This document shows positions 29,952 to 38,871 of a stretch of DNA of 64,000 bases, piece by piece. Location of the stretch: assembly GCA_965238005.1 (NCBI GenBank), contig OZ250165.1, positions 4,032,001 through 4,096,000 on the forward strand. The letters run 5' to 3'. Within the stretch, counting starts at the first letter, position 1. Each line of letters begins with the position of its first letter. The stretch comes from Longimicrobiales bacterium (GTDB lineage: Bacteria > Gemmatimonadota > Gemmatimonadetes > Longimicrobiales > Gaopeijiaceae). The position numbers and the translations under genes were made by a program. The notes beneath the pieces are model-generated. The model had not been told where the DNA came from. It was given only the letters and a program-made list of their open reading frames with translations, and made no database searches.

Positions 29952-30822
29952 TCACTTCATTCCCGCAAGAGACACAGAACTGCCATCGCGGCTCGAGCTC
30001 CTCCCCGCACTTGGGACACGGGAAGAGCCTTAGGTCGCTGCCGCAGAACGGGCAAAAGTTGAGTGCCTTCCGGTGCGGCAGGATCTGACGGCACCAGTGG
30101 CAGGCCGCTGGCCGACCGTCGGCGGCTGCGACCGGGTCCGTATCCTCGCCGGGCTCCTCGGGCTCGACGGCGACCGGGTCCGGCGTGTCCTCCAGGCTCG
30201 AGATGTCGGGTGGGTCGTCGGACCGCGCGTCCTCGTGCTCCGGCTCGGTACCGGGAACGGGAACACCGTCGTCGGCCAGCTCGATGTGACCGATCACTCC
30301 ATCGTCACCGGACTCTCCGGCGTCCCTGTCGTCCTCCTCGTCGGTGTCGTCTTCGTCGGGCATCAACTCTGCGATGTCGAAGGCCTCCGGCCCTTCCGCG
30401 CCCGTCTCGTCGGGGGATGCAGCGTCCTCCTCCTCAAGGGCTTTGTCCGGCGACTGGCCACTCGCCTCACCCGCTCCCGTCAGGATGCGATCCGGGTTCA
30501 GGCGGACGTCGGCAGCCGCAAAGTCGCGGAAGAGACCCGTGTTCGGGCTCGGGCTCTCCAGCTCCTCCCGGATTTCGCGCCGGGCCACCTCGGAGTCGAG
30601 AAGGAGGTAGTCCCCCTCCCCTGCCAGGAGCCTCAGCAGGGCGTCCTCGTAGTCCCCGTTCATCTCGACACCGATGAGGTCACGGTGTGACCGGTACGCC
30701 ACCAGGTTCTGGTAGATCTCGGCAACGGTGAACGGTTGCGTCAGGTACTCGGGTCGAGACTCCGATATCTCCTGAAGAAGAACCTGGTGGAACCGGTTCA
30801 GAATTTCGCTCGTTGGAAGCAT
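29944..30822 (-). CDS. Double zinc-ribbon protein with an acidic linker
   Basis: Four C-terminal CxxC pairs (CHWC, CPFC, CPKC, CVSC) and a long D/E-rich linker. Confidence 0.85.
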   Translation of the reverse strand: MLPTSEILNRFHQVLLQEISESRPEYLTQPFTVAEIYQNLVAYRSHRDLIGVEMNGDYEDALLRLLAGEGDYLLLDSEVARREIREELESPSPNTGLFRDFAAADVRLNPDRILTGAGEASGQSPDKALEEEDAASPDETGAEGPEAFDIAELMPDEDDTDEEDDRDAGESGDDGVIGHIELADDGVPVPGTEPEHEDARSDDPPDISSLEDTPDPVAVEPEEPGEDTDPVAAADGRPAACHWCRQILPHRKALNFCPFCGSDLRLFPCPKCGEELEPRWQFCVSCGNEVSE

Positions 30823-30844
30823 GGGGCTCAGTCTAGGAGGGGAT

Positions 30845-31942
30845 TCAGTCTTCGAGATAGACCAGGTCGGTCTGAATAGCGGCCTGGAGGAAGCTCTCGG
30901 GATCCATGAACGGAATCTCTACGCCGCATTGCTCGTGCCAGCGCTCGGCCAGCCGCCGCATGTAGTGCGACAGCGTCTCGTGGGAGAAGCCCGCGTGATC
31001 TCTCATCTGTCGCACGATCTCGTGCCACGTGCCCCGGAAGAGATGTCCGTCGGCGAGGCGAATCTGGTGCAGCTCGGCCTCCCCCGTGCGCTCTCCCCGC
31101 TCGAACAGCTCGAGCTGGCTCGGGTCCGTCAGAGGTCCCTCGACTCCGTTGACCTGAGCCTCCACCTCCGCCAAGAGCCGGTCAATGGGATCCTGGAGAG
31201 CTTCTAGCCCAGCCAATCGCTCCTGCCACGGCACGAGGCGCGCATCGTCGTCTTCCAAATGCCAAAGCGCCCGCTTGAGCTCTATGAGCCTCCAGACGGC
31301 CAGCGAATCCCAATGATCGAGGGGGGGCACGCGCTCGAACTCCCGGAGGGCCCCGTCCCAGTCACGGCGGTCGTACAGAAGGTGCCCGAGGTAGACCCTG
31401 GCCTCGTGGAGGTCGGGGTCCAGCCGCAAGGCCCGCCTGATCTGCCTTCCCGCTCCCACCTCGTCGCCGAGCCTATGGAGCGAGTAGCCGAGAGAGGCTG
31501 CCGCCTCGGCGTTGTCTGGACGGGCTGCAGCGGCCTTCGCAAACACGTCTCGGCTCTCCGCATAGAGACTCTCCCTGTAGAGGGCGCGTCCCATGGTGAG
31601 CATGAGCTCGACATCGTCCTCGAACCCCATGGCCGCCACCCGCTCGAACAGGCCGAGGGCCGCTTCACGCTCACCGAAACGGAGCAAGGTCTCGCCGAGC
31701 CCCACGAGGGCATCCTCATGCCCCTTGTCGAGGACGAGGGCACGCTCGAATGCCTGTCTCGCCCACGCATACTCCTCCCTAGCCAGGCGCGCGTAGCCCA
31801 TTCCGACACAGAGCTCGACGGCATTGGGATACAGAGAGAGGCCCTCTTTGAGCATCTCGAGAGCCCCTTCATAATCACCGTCGTTGTAGAGTTGGTGCGC
31901 CTGTTCGTCGTATTCCTCGGAGCTGAGGAATCGCTCTGACAT
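30845..31942 (-). CDS. Tetratricopeptide-repeat protein
   Basis: Multiple 34-aa TPR-like units; start MSERFLS with AAGGAG RBS. Confidence 0.88.
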   Translation of the reverse strand: MSERFLSSEEYDEQAHQLYNDGDYEGALEMLKEGLSLYPNAVELCVGMGYARLAREEYAWARQAFERALVLDKGHEDALVGLGETLLRFGEREAALGLFERVAAMGFEDDVELMLTMGRALYRESLYAESRDVFAKAAAARPDNAEAAASLGYSLHRLGDEVGAGRQIRRALRLDPDLHEARVYLGHLLYDRRDWDGALREFERVPPLDHWDSLAVWRLIELKRALWHLEDDDARLVPWQERLAGLEALQDPIDRLLAEVEAQVNGVEGPLTDPSQLELFERGERTGEAELHQIRLADGHLFRGTWHEIVRQMRDHAGFSHETLSHYMRRLAERWHEQCGVEIPFMDPESFLQAAIQTDLVYLED

Positions 31943-32064
31943 CGCGCTATGGCTCCTTCGGCTAGATGTTGAGACGTCTGTCCAGAACTTAATGGAGGCC
32001 GATCTCAATCACCACCCTGTTTTTTTTCGGGCCTACCGCCCCACGCCTTTCGGGGCTCGGCGCC

Positions 32065-32436
32065 CTACGCCCTGCCGTAGCGCACCCCGCAAAGGGGACA
32101 TAAGAGGTCGTTCTTCACGCGAATCAGGAGCTGGTCCACGTGTCGCGGGCACCGGGGCTCCCGGCCTTCCTCTATCGTGTCCCGGACCTTCGTCCGCTCC
32201 GTGCGCGTGGCCTTGTTGACATTCAATCGGTAACGGAGAGAAGAGGAGTTGCACTCGAGGAGTATGGACCCCGACCCGTCGGCCTCGGGCTGCACGCGCA
32301 GCACTATGAGGAACCCCCCGGTGGGGGACGGTAGACGCTTTCTATCATAGTAGAGACGTAGCAACTCCTTCTCGTCGAAGAGTGGGAAGGGGGTATCACC
32401 CTCCACCACGGCAATGTCCGGTCTCGTTTTGCTCAT
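32065..32436 (-). CDS. Hypothetical protein with a C-terminal zinc-binding motif
   Basis: 123 aa from MSKTRPD; CPRH...CPLC. Confidence 0.7.
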   Translation of the reverse strand: MSKTRPDIAVVEGDTPFPLFDEKELLRLYYDRKRLPSPTGGFLIVLRVQPEADGSGSILLECNSSSLRYRLNVNKATRTERTKVRDTIEEGREPRCPRHVDQLLIRVKNDLLCPLCGVRYGRA

Positions 32437-32482
32437 GAGGTCTCGCGGCACTCGGCGGGTCCGTAGTCCTGCTTTCTCAAGT

Positions 32483-32592
32483 AAGAAAAAGAAGCCCGAG
32501 CAAAGGGCTGCGGGATGGCCCGTTCGGCCCCGCCTCGCCCAAATCCCGGCTACCGGGCCCGGCAAGATATCACGCGTCGGACGAGGCCGCAA
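32483..32592 (-). promoter_or_regulatory. Promoter plus structured leader with a terminator (candidate attenuator)
   Basis: TTGCGG-N17-TATCTT, then hairpins and AGCCC-N7-GGGCT-TCTTTTTCTT upstream of the 32436 start. Confidence 0.45.
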
Positions 32593-32651
32593 AGAGCGTC
32601 GCCCCAACGGCGGCATCATCAGCCCAATACGGGCTGGACTTCCAGCAAACA

Positions 32652-32688
32652 CAACAAAAAACGGCGGGAAATCCGCGTTCCCCGCCCC
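32652..32688 (-). terminator. Intrinsic terminator
   Basis: GGCGGGGAACGCGGATTTCCCGCC-GTTTTTTGTT downstream of the 32723-33115 gene. Confidence 0.7.
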
Positions 32689-32722
32689 TCTTCAAATGCG
32701 CGGCTCGACCGCTTCTCTGCGT

Positions 32723-33115
32723 TCAGGCTGCGTTTGCGCCGTCACCTTCGTCCGAGGTATTCTCAGCTGCACCCGTCGCAGGGTCCGAGGAGGCGGTGGG
32801 CTGATCCGAAGCCTCGCCGTCGGAGACGGGCCCTGCCCCGGGCGCTTCTTCCGCCTCGGCGTCCGCAACAGGAGGCTCGGCAACCGCCGCCCGGGTCGGA
32901 AAGTTGTTGATGGCAGGCTGGCAGAACCGTATCCCGACGGAGTGCAGCTCGGTGAGATCGGGCTGCCCCAACTCCGGGTAACGCTCACCTAAATAGTCTA
33001 TGGTCTCGTCCATCCAAAGGGTCTTGTCCTCAGCGGTTGCGTTGAGAACACCACATCGGTTGATGTGGCTGAACAGCTCGTCCCGAGCCTGCGCGAAGAG
33101 CTTCTCTTTGGGCAC
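32723..33115 (-). CDS. Hypothetical protein
   Basis: GGAGG RBS, GTG start, helical N-domain (ARDELFSHINRCGVL...YLGERYPEL), acidic tail and its own terminator. Confidence 0.8.
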   Translation of the reverse strand: MPKEKLFAQARDELFSHINRCGVLNATAEDKTLWMDETIDYLGERYPELGQPDLTELHSVGIRFCQPAINNFPTRAAVAEPPVADAEAEEAPGAGPVSDGEASDQPTASSDPATGAAENTSDEGDGANAA

Positions 33116-33272
33116 CTACACCTCCATGTATGGTCAGGAACGGGAGTAACATGCCCGCTCCCCTTATGAAATACAATGCTTCAGCCGCTTAACCTAACTT
33201 ATGCCCCATGGTCGGCCAACTAGCGGCGAACGCCCCCGAGACGTGCCGGGGCCGGCGCTCGCGCCGGACGCC

Positions 33273-34880
33273 ATGACGGATGGCGCGACGCCGGACGCCG
33301 TGACCCTGGAGGTGTTTCGACACCTCTTTACAGCGCTCACGGAAGAGATGGGGGCGGCCCTCCGGCGTGCGTCGTTCTCGCCGAACATCAAGGAGCGGCG
33401 GGACTACTCCTGCGCCCTGTTCTCTCCCGGAGGCGTTCCCGTGGCCCTGGGAGATCACATGCCGGTCCACCTGGGGGCCATGCCCATGAGCGTGCGGGCC
33501 GCCCTCGACGAACTCGGTACGCTGAGCGCGGGGGACGTGGCCTGTCTGAACGACCCGTTCCGGGGCGGCACGCATCTTCCCGATATCACGCTGATCTCGC
33601 CCGTCCACCTGGACGAAGGAGATACCCTGCTCGGGTACGTGGCCTCACGCGCCCACCACTCTGACGTGGGCGGCGCCAGCCCGGGATCTATGCCTCTAGC
33701 CCAGGAGATCTATCAGGAGGGACTCCGGATACCGCCGGTCCTTCTGTACAGAGCGGGTGAGCGTCACAAGGACGTGTGGAATCTCATCCTGGCCAACGTG
33801 CGCACACCCGTGGAGCGAGGAGGAGACCTGGAGGCCCAGCTCGCGGCCCTACACGCCGGGCGGACCCGCCTGCTGGAGATCGCCGAGCGGCGTGGCGCAC
33901 CAGCCGCCCTGGCCGCCATGGACGACCTGGTGGAGTATGCCGACCGACTCGTGGAAGCCGGCCTGCGCGCCATCGCAGAGGGCGTCTACCGGGGCGAGGA
34001 CGTTCTGGATGACGACGGGTTCGGTACGGTGGACATACCGATCCGGGTGGCCCTGACTCGCCACGCCGAGGGACTCGAGGTCGACTTCTCGGGCAGCAGC
34101 GGCCAGGTATCGGGGGGTGTCAACGCCGTGGCCGCCATCACGGCGTCGGTCACGCGATACGTGATACGCTGTGTGGTCGAAGCCCTTTTGAACGAGCCTC
34201 TACCGGCCGGGGGCGGGTCCATGTCCATGGTGACCCTGGTCCTTCCAGAGGGCTCCATAGTGAACGCCTCGCTCCCCGCCAGCGTCGCGGCCGGCAACGT
34301 AGAGACCAGCCAACGCATTACCGACGTGTTGCTGCGTGCCTTCGGCGAGGCCCTCCCGGACCTCGTTCCGGCGCTCTCGCAGGGTACGATGAACAACATC
34401 ACTGTGGGAGGCGTCGACCCCCGGACCGGGTCCGACTTCGCATACTACGAGACCGTGGGCGGCGGCATGGGGGCTGGGCACTCCGGGGACGGACTGTCGG
34501 GAGTCCACACGCACATGTCCAACTCCCTCAACACTCCCGTCGAGGCCCTCGAACACGCGTACCCGTTCCGTGTCACGCACTACACCTTGCTGCGTGGAAG
34601 CGGTGGAGAAGGCCGCCACAGGGGTGGTGACGGCCTCCGAAGGGACATCTGCCTCCTTGTCGACGGTCGCGTGACCCTCCTGAGCGAGAGGCGGGCGCGC
34701 GGCCCCGCCGGAGCCAGTGGCGGATCGGATGGCAGCCCCGGCGAGAACGTGCTGATCCGAGAAGGCGAGGAGACCGTCCTCCCGGCCAAGACGTCATTCG
34801 AAGCCAAGGCCGGGGACGTTGTCAGCATCCGATCGCCGGGTGGAGGGGGATGGGGCGTGCCGGAGGCCACCCCTGAATGA
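33273..34880 (+). CDS. Hydantoinase B/5-oxoprolinase family protein
   Basis: SPNIKERRDYSCA, HMPVHLG, NDPFRGGTHLPD, HHSDVGG, GNVETSQR and PGGGGWG motifs. Confidence 0.95.
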   Translation: MTDGATPDAVTLEVFRHLFTALTEEMGAALRRASFSPNIKERRDYSCALFSPGGVPVALGDHMPVHLGAMPMSVRAALDELGTLSAGDVACLNDPFRGGTHLPDITLISPVHLDEGDTLLGYVASRAHHSDVGGASPGSMPLAQEIYQEGLRIPPVLLYRAGERHKDVWNLILANVRTPVERGGDLEAQLAALHAGRTRLLEIAERRGAPAALAAMDDLVEYADRLVEAGLRAIAEGVYRGEDVLDDDGFGTVDIPIRVALTRHAEGLEVDFSGSSGQVSGGVNAVAAITASVTRYVIRCVVEALLNEPLPAGGGSMSMVTLVLPEGSIVNASLPASVAAGNVETSQRITDVLLRAFGEALPDLVPALSQGTMNNITVGGVDPRTGSDFAYYETVGGGMGAGHSGDGLSGVHTHMSNSLNTPVEALEHAYPFRVTHYTLLRGSGGEGRHRGGDGLRRDICLLVDGRVTLLSERRARGPAGASGGSDGSPGENVLIREGEETVLPAKTSFEAKAGDVVSIRSPGGGGWGVPEATPE

Positions 34881-34910
34881 TCTTTCCGTGACTCTCTGAC
34901 CGGAACGTCG

Positions 34911-35324
34911 ATGCAACTACAGCTCGCTCTCGTGTGTGACCACGCTGAGCAGACCCCCGAAGGCAAGCTGGACCTCAAGGGCGTGTTCAACGACCTTGCG
35001 GCCCCCGGTTTCCCTGCCAAGCACGACATGTTCCTCGTGCTGGCGGTGGAGTGGGACCGATCCGACCAGGGGAGGTACGACTTCCAGGTCGATCTCCTGG
35101 ATCCTTCAACCAGGTCCACAATGACCATCCGCGGGCACTCCGACGTGGACCGCAGAGATCCCGGACGCCCGCCCGCCCGCACCCGGATCATCATGCCGCT
35201 TCAGGACGTCATCTTCCCGGGAGCCGGCCAGTACAGGTTCCAGATCCAGGTGAAGGGACGGACCCACGAGGGTCCCTCCCTCTTTCTCATGGAGGAGGAG
35301 CCTGTGGGGGACGCGGGGGAGTGA
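34911..35324 (+). CDS. Conserved hypothetical beta-rich protein (DUF6941-like)
   Basis: ALVCDHA...GKLDLKGVF...FPGAGQYRF pattern. Confidence 0.7.
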   Translation: MQLQLALVCDHAEQTPEGKLDLKGVFNDLAAPGFPAKHDMFLVLAVEWDRSDQGRYDFQVDLLDPSTRSTMTIRGHSDVDRRDPGRPPARTRIIMPLQDVIFPGAGQYRFQIQVKGRTHEGPSLFLMEEEPVGDAGE

Positions 35325-36394
35325 GCGCGATCGGAGCCGGTGCCGCCGCCCGCCTCGCTCGGGCGGACCGCGTGTGCATCGTCCTCCTCTCGGGCATCGG
35401 GGACGTGATACATGGACTTCCGGTGGCCGTAGCGCTCAAGCGGGATCAACCCTCTCGCCGGGTGGTGTGGGTCGCCCAGCCCGCCCCGGCCCAGGTCCTG
35501 GAGCACCACTCCGCAGTGGACGAGATAGTCGTCTTCGAGCCAGGAGCCGGCTTCGGAGCCCTCAGGCGGCTTTGGGCCGCCTTCCAGGGAAGGCCCTGCG
35601 AGGTCACGCTGAACATGCAGCGATATGCCAAGACCCTGCTTCCCACCTATCTGTCGGGAGCATCCGTTCGGGTCGGTCTTGCCCCGTCGCGGACCCGCGA
35701 CGGGGTGAGGCTCATCAACACCGTGCACACCCCCGAGGGACCGTGGCGGCACACGCAGGACCTCTTTCTCGAGTTTCTGGATCAAGTCGGGGTCGGACGG
35801 CCGGACCCACTGGAGTGGGCCATCGCCTTCTCCGACGAGGAGCAGCGAGAGGCGGCCGACTTCTTCGCTCATCTGGGGGGAGGACCGGTGGTCGCGCTGG
35901 CACTCACCACGGCCAACCCGAAGAAGGACTGGCTCCCAGACCGGTACACAGCTCTCGCCGACGTGCTGGAGGAGGAGCTCGGCTATACGGTCCTGCTTCT
36001 GGGTGGTCCGGGCGACTCCGACCAGAAGGCCGCGCGAATCGTGACGGACCAGGTACGCGGATCACCCGTCTGGGGGCTCTCCGACTCGGTGCGAAGGTTG
36101 ATCTGGAGCATCCGTGGCTGCGACCTGGTGATCAGCCCCGACACGGGAGCACTTCACATCGCCCATGCCCTGGGGGTTCCCGTAGTGGGCCTCTTCGGTC
36201 ACACCAACCCATGGCGGGTAGGCCCCTACGAGCGTTTCCACGACCTGATCGTGGATCGCTACTCCAACCCTGGCGAGACGCCCGACCCCTCCCGCTACGA
36301 GCCGCGCCATGAGCGAATGGAGCGCATCACCGTGACGGACGTCCTGGAGCGGGTCTGGGTGGCAGAGCGAGAGTACGGGGTGGGCGCGGCGTGA
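35321..36394 (+). CDS. Glycosyltransferase family 9 (heptosyltransferase-like)
   Basis: LSGIGDVIH, KDW and DTGALHIAHALG motifs; GTG start overlaps the upstream stop. Confidence 0.92.
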   Translation: MSAIGAGAAARLARADRVCIVLLSGIGDVIHGLPVAVALKRDQPSRRVVWVAQPAPAQVLEHHSAVDEIVVFEPGAGFGALRRLWAAFQGRPCEVTLNMQRYAKTLLPTYLSGASVRVGLAPSRTRDGVRLINTVHTPEGPWRHTQDLFLEFLDQVGVGRPDPLEWAIAFSDEEQREAADFFAHLGGGPVVALALTTANPKKDWLPDRYTALADVLEEELGYTVLLLGGPGDSDQKAARIVTDQVRGSPVWGLSDSVRRLIWSIRGCDLVISPDTGALHIAHALGVPVVGLFGHTNPWRVGPYERFHDLIVDRYSNPGETPDPSRYEPRHERMERITVTDVLERVWVAEREYGVGAA

Positions 36395-37191
36395 GCGGGA
36401 CGGTCGCGCACCCCGCATACGTGGCCGTGCCGGGCTTCGAATCGGCCCGGGTGGGCACTGCGCTGGTCGTCGCTCGGCCAGAGGCGCTGGCGTGGGCCCG
36501 GGACGCCCTGGGCCGAAACGGGTCACTTCACTCGGCGGCCCTGGCGGACGCGACTCTGTGGCTCCGCGGTCGAGGGCCCATCCCGGTGATGCTCAATCCG
36601 GTGGGAGAGGGCCCTGCCTGGGCGGTTCGCCATTACAGGAGGGGCGGCGGAATGCGGATCATGGACGACCGCTTCCTCCGTCTGGGAAAGCCGCGGAGCC
36701 TTCGGGAGCTGCAGAGCAGTGTTCGGGTGCGGGAGCTGGGGATCACGACGCCGCAGGTGGTGGCCGCGGCAGTCTACCCGGCAGGACTGTTCTACCGGGC
36801 CGACCTCGTCACTGAGTTCGTGTACGACGCAAGGGAGTTGGCGGACGTGCTCCTCGGCACTCCGGACTCCCTGGCCCCGCCCGCCGACGCCGACATGCGA
36901 GCCCAGGCCCTGACCTGCACTACCCAGCTCGTGGCCCGCATGACGGAGCACGGGATCCGGCATCCGGACCTGAACGCCCGCAACATCCTTCTGGCACAGA
37001 GCTCGCATGGCATGGAAGCGATCCTGCTCGATCTGGATCGCTGCGTCATCGGCGGGACGTCGACACCCGGCGGCGGACCCAGGCTTCGCCGGCGCCTCGC
37101 CCGCTCGATCCGCAAGCTGCAGCGCACCCGCTCAGGAGGGCTGAGTGAGAAGGAGATGGAGGTCATTCTGACCGTATCGGAGAAGCCATGA
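36391..37191 (+). CDS. Kdo kinase / LPS kinase (KdkA/InaA family)
   Basis: VRHYRRGG, YRADLVT, HPDLNARNIL and LDLD motifs. Confidence 0.88.
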   Translation: MSGTVAHPAYVAVPGFESARVGTALVVARPEALAWARDALGRNGSLHSAALADATLWLRGRGPIPVMLNPVGEGPAWAVRHYRRGGGMRIMDDRFLRLGKPRSLRELQSSVRVRELGITTPQVVAAAVYPAGLFYRADLVTEFVYDARELADVLLGTPDSLAPPADADMRAQALTCTTQLVARMTEHGIRHPDLNARNILLAQSSHGMEAILLDLDRCVIGGTSTPGGGPRLRRRLARSIRKLQRTRSGGLSEKEMEVILTVSEKP

Positions 37192-38228
37192 CGCGCGCGA
37201 TGACTCCGCCCGAATCCGTCTGCATCGTGATGCTGAGCGCCATCGGCGACGCGGTCCACGTCCTGCCGGTAGCCAACGCCCTGAAGCGGGCGTGGCCCGA
37301 GACGAAGATCTCGTGGATCATCCAGCCCGTTCCGAAAATCCTGGTGGAAGGACATCCCGCCGTCGACGAGCTCATCGTCTACCGCCGCCGACGAGGCATC
37401 AACGCCTGGGCAGGCTTCGCCGAGCTGGGGAACTGTCTCAAGGGACGTCGGTTCGATCTGGCACTGGCCCTGCAGGTGTACTTCAAGGCTGGGCTCATCA
37501 CCGGTATGCTCCCGGCCAGGAGGAAGCTCGGCTTCGACACGGCCCGGGCCCGAGACGCCAACTGGCTCTTCACCAACGAGCGGATAACCGCCCATGCGCC
37601 CCAGCACGTGCAGGAGCAGTACTGTGAGTTTGTGCGCCATCTGGGCATCGATCCCGAGCCGGTGGAGTGGGGCGTACACCTCTCGGACCAGGAGCGTGAG
37701 GCTCAAGCCCGTTTCTTCGGCGAGCTCGACCGGCCGGTGTGCGCCGTGGTGGTCGGGACGAGCAAGCCCGCCAAGAACTGGACCCCCGAGGGCTACGCCC
37801 GTGTCTTGGAGGAGCTCGAGTTCACGCATGGGCTCCAGCCCATCCTCGTGGGCGGGCCATCGCCGGTGGAGCGGGAGATGGCCGACCGTATTCTCGGGCT
37901 CACCAAGGCTCACCCCCTGGACACCCTGGGCAATGATCTCAGACGCGCCATCTACCTTCTGGACGGCAGCGCCCTCACCGTGAGTCCGGACACGGGCCCC
38001 CTTCACATCAGCAGAGCCCTGGAGACTCCGGTCATCGGTCTGTACGGGTATACCAATCCCAAGAGGACCGGACCCTACCGTCGCTTCTACGACTTAGTCG
38101 TGGACGGATACGCCGCATTTCCGGGCGAGGAGTATCCCGTGTCCATGGAGTATCGAGACGGCATGAGGCGCATCACCACGGAGATGGTTGTGGAGAAGGT
38201 GGAACTGGCGGTGCAGAGATACCTATAA
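37188..38228 (+). CDS. Glycosyltransferase family 9 (heptosyltransferase-like)
   Basis: LSAIGDAVH, KNW and DTGPLHI motifs; paralog of 35321-36394. Confidence 0.93.
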   Translation: MTRAMTPPESVCIVMLSAIGDAVHVLPVANALKRAWPETKISWIIQPVPKILVEGHPAVDELIVYRRRRGINAWAGFAELGNCLKGRRFDLALALQVYFKAGLITGMLPARRKLGFDTARARDANWLFTNERITAHAPQHVQEQYCEFVRHLGIDPEPVEWGVHLSDQEREAQARFFGELDRPVCAVVVGTSKPAKNWTPEGYARVLEELEFTHGLQPILVGGPSPVEREMADRILGLTKAHPLDTLGNDLRRAIYLLDGSALTVSPDTGPLHISRALETPVIGLYGYTNPKRTGPYRRFYDLVVDGYAAFPGEEYPVSMEYRDGMRRITTEMVVEKVELAVQRYL

Positions 38229-38326
38229 GCGGGACCGTCGAGGTCTCGAGGGGCGAGCTGGGCGAGCTCCATGCCCACCGTCGCCCGGCGTCTCCCGATC
38301 TTCCCATCCCCATCGGCACGGAGTGT

Positions 38327-38761
38327 GTGGGCGTGAAGAGTCGAGGTGTAGGTAGATGGACGGCTACCATGGTCGTAGCGGCGGCGGCCATGACGGGATG
38401 CCAGGCCGGAGCCGACTCGGGTGCGGCTGCCCCCATGGACGAGGTCCAGGTCTTCCTGCGCCAGGTTGCGGCCACGGCCCCGGCCGAGGTAGCCCAGGGC
38501 AAGGCATTGTTCGAGGAGTACTGCAGCGCCTGCCACGGACCCGCCGCCGACGGGACCGAGCAGGGTCCACCCCTGGCACACAAGATCTACGAGCCGAGCC
38601 ACCACGCCGACGCGTCCTTCGTGCTGGCCGTGAGGATCGGGGTGCGGACCCACCACTGGCGATTCGGAGACATGCAGCCGGTGCCGGCGGTCACCGACGA
38701 GATGGTCCAGGAAATCATCGGGTACGTCCGCTGGCTTCAGCGCAAGGTGGGAATCGAATAG
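38327..38761 (+). CDS. Monoheme cytochrome c lipoprotein
   Basis: CSACH heme motif, GPPL.HKIYEPSHH and distal Met in GDMQP; lipobox MTGC. Confidence 0.9.
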   Translation: MGVKSRGVGRWTATMVVAAAAMTGCQAGADSGAAAPMDEVQVFLRQVAATAPAEVAQGKALFEEYCSACHGPAADGTEQGPPLAHKIYEPSHHADASFVLAVRIGVRTHHWRFGDMQPVPAVTDEMVQEIIGYVRWLQRKVGIE

Positions 38762-38871
38762 GGCCTTGCCGAAACCGTAGCGACTCGATTCCGTAGGAAC
38801 ATGAGGAGTCTCTGAGGGTTTAGGGTTATCCGCTTTCAGGGTGCGCTTGCACAAACGTAGGACGGCCACAC

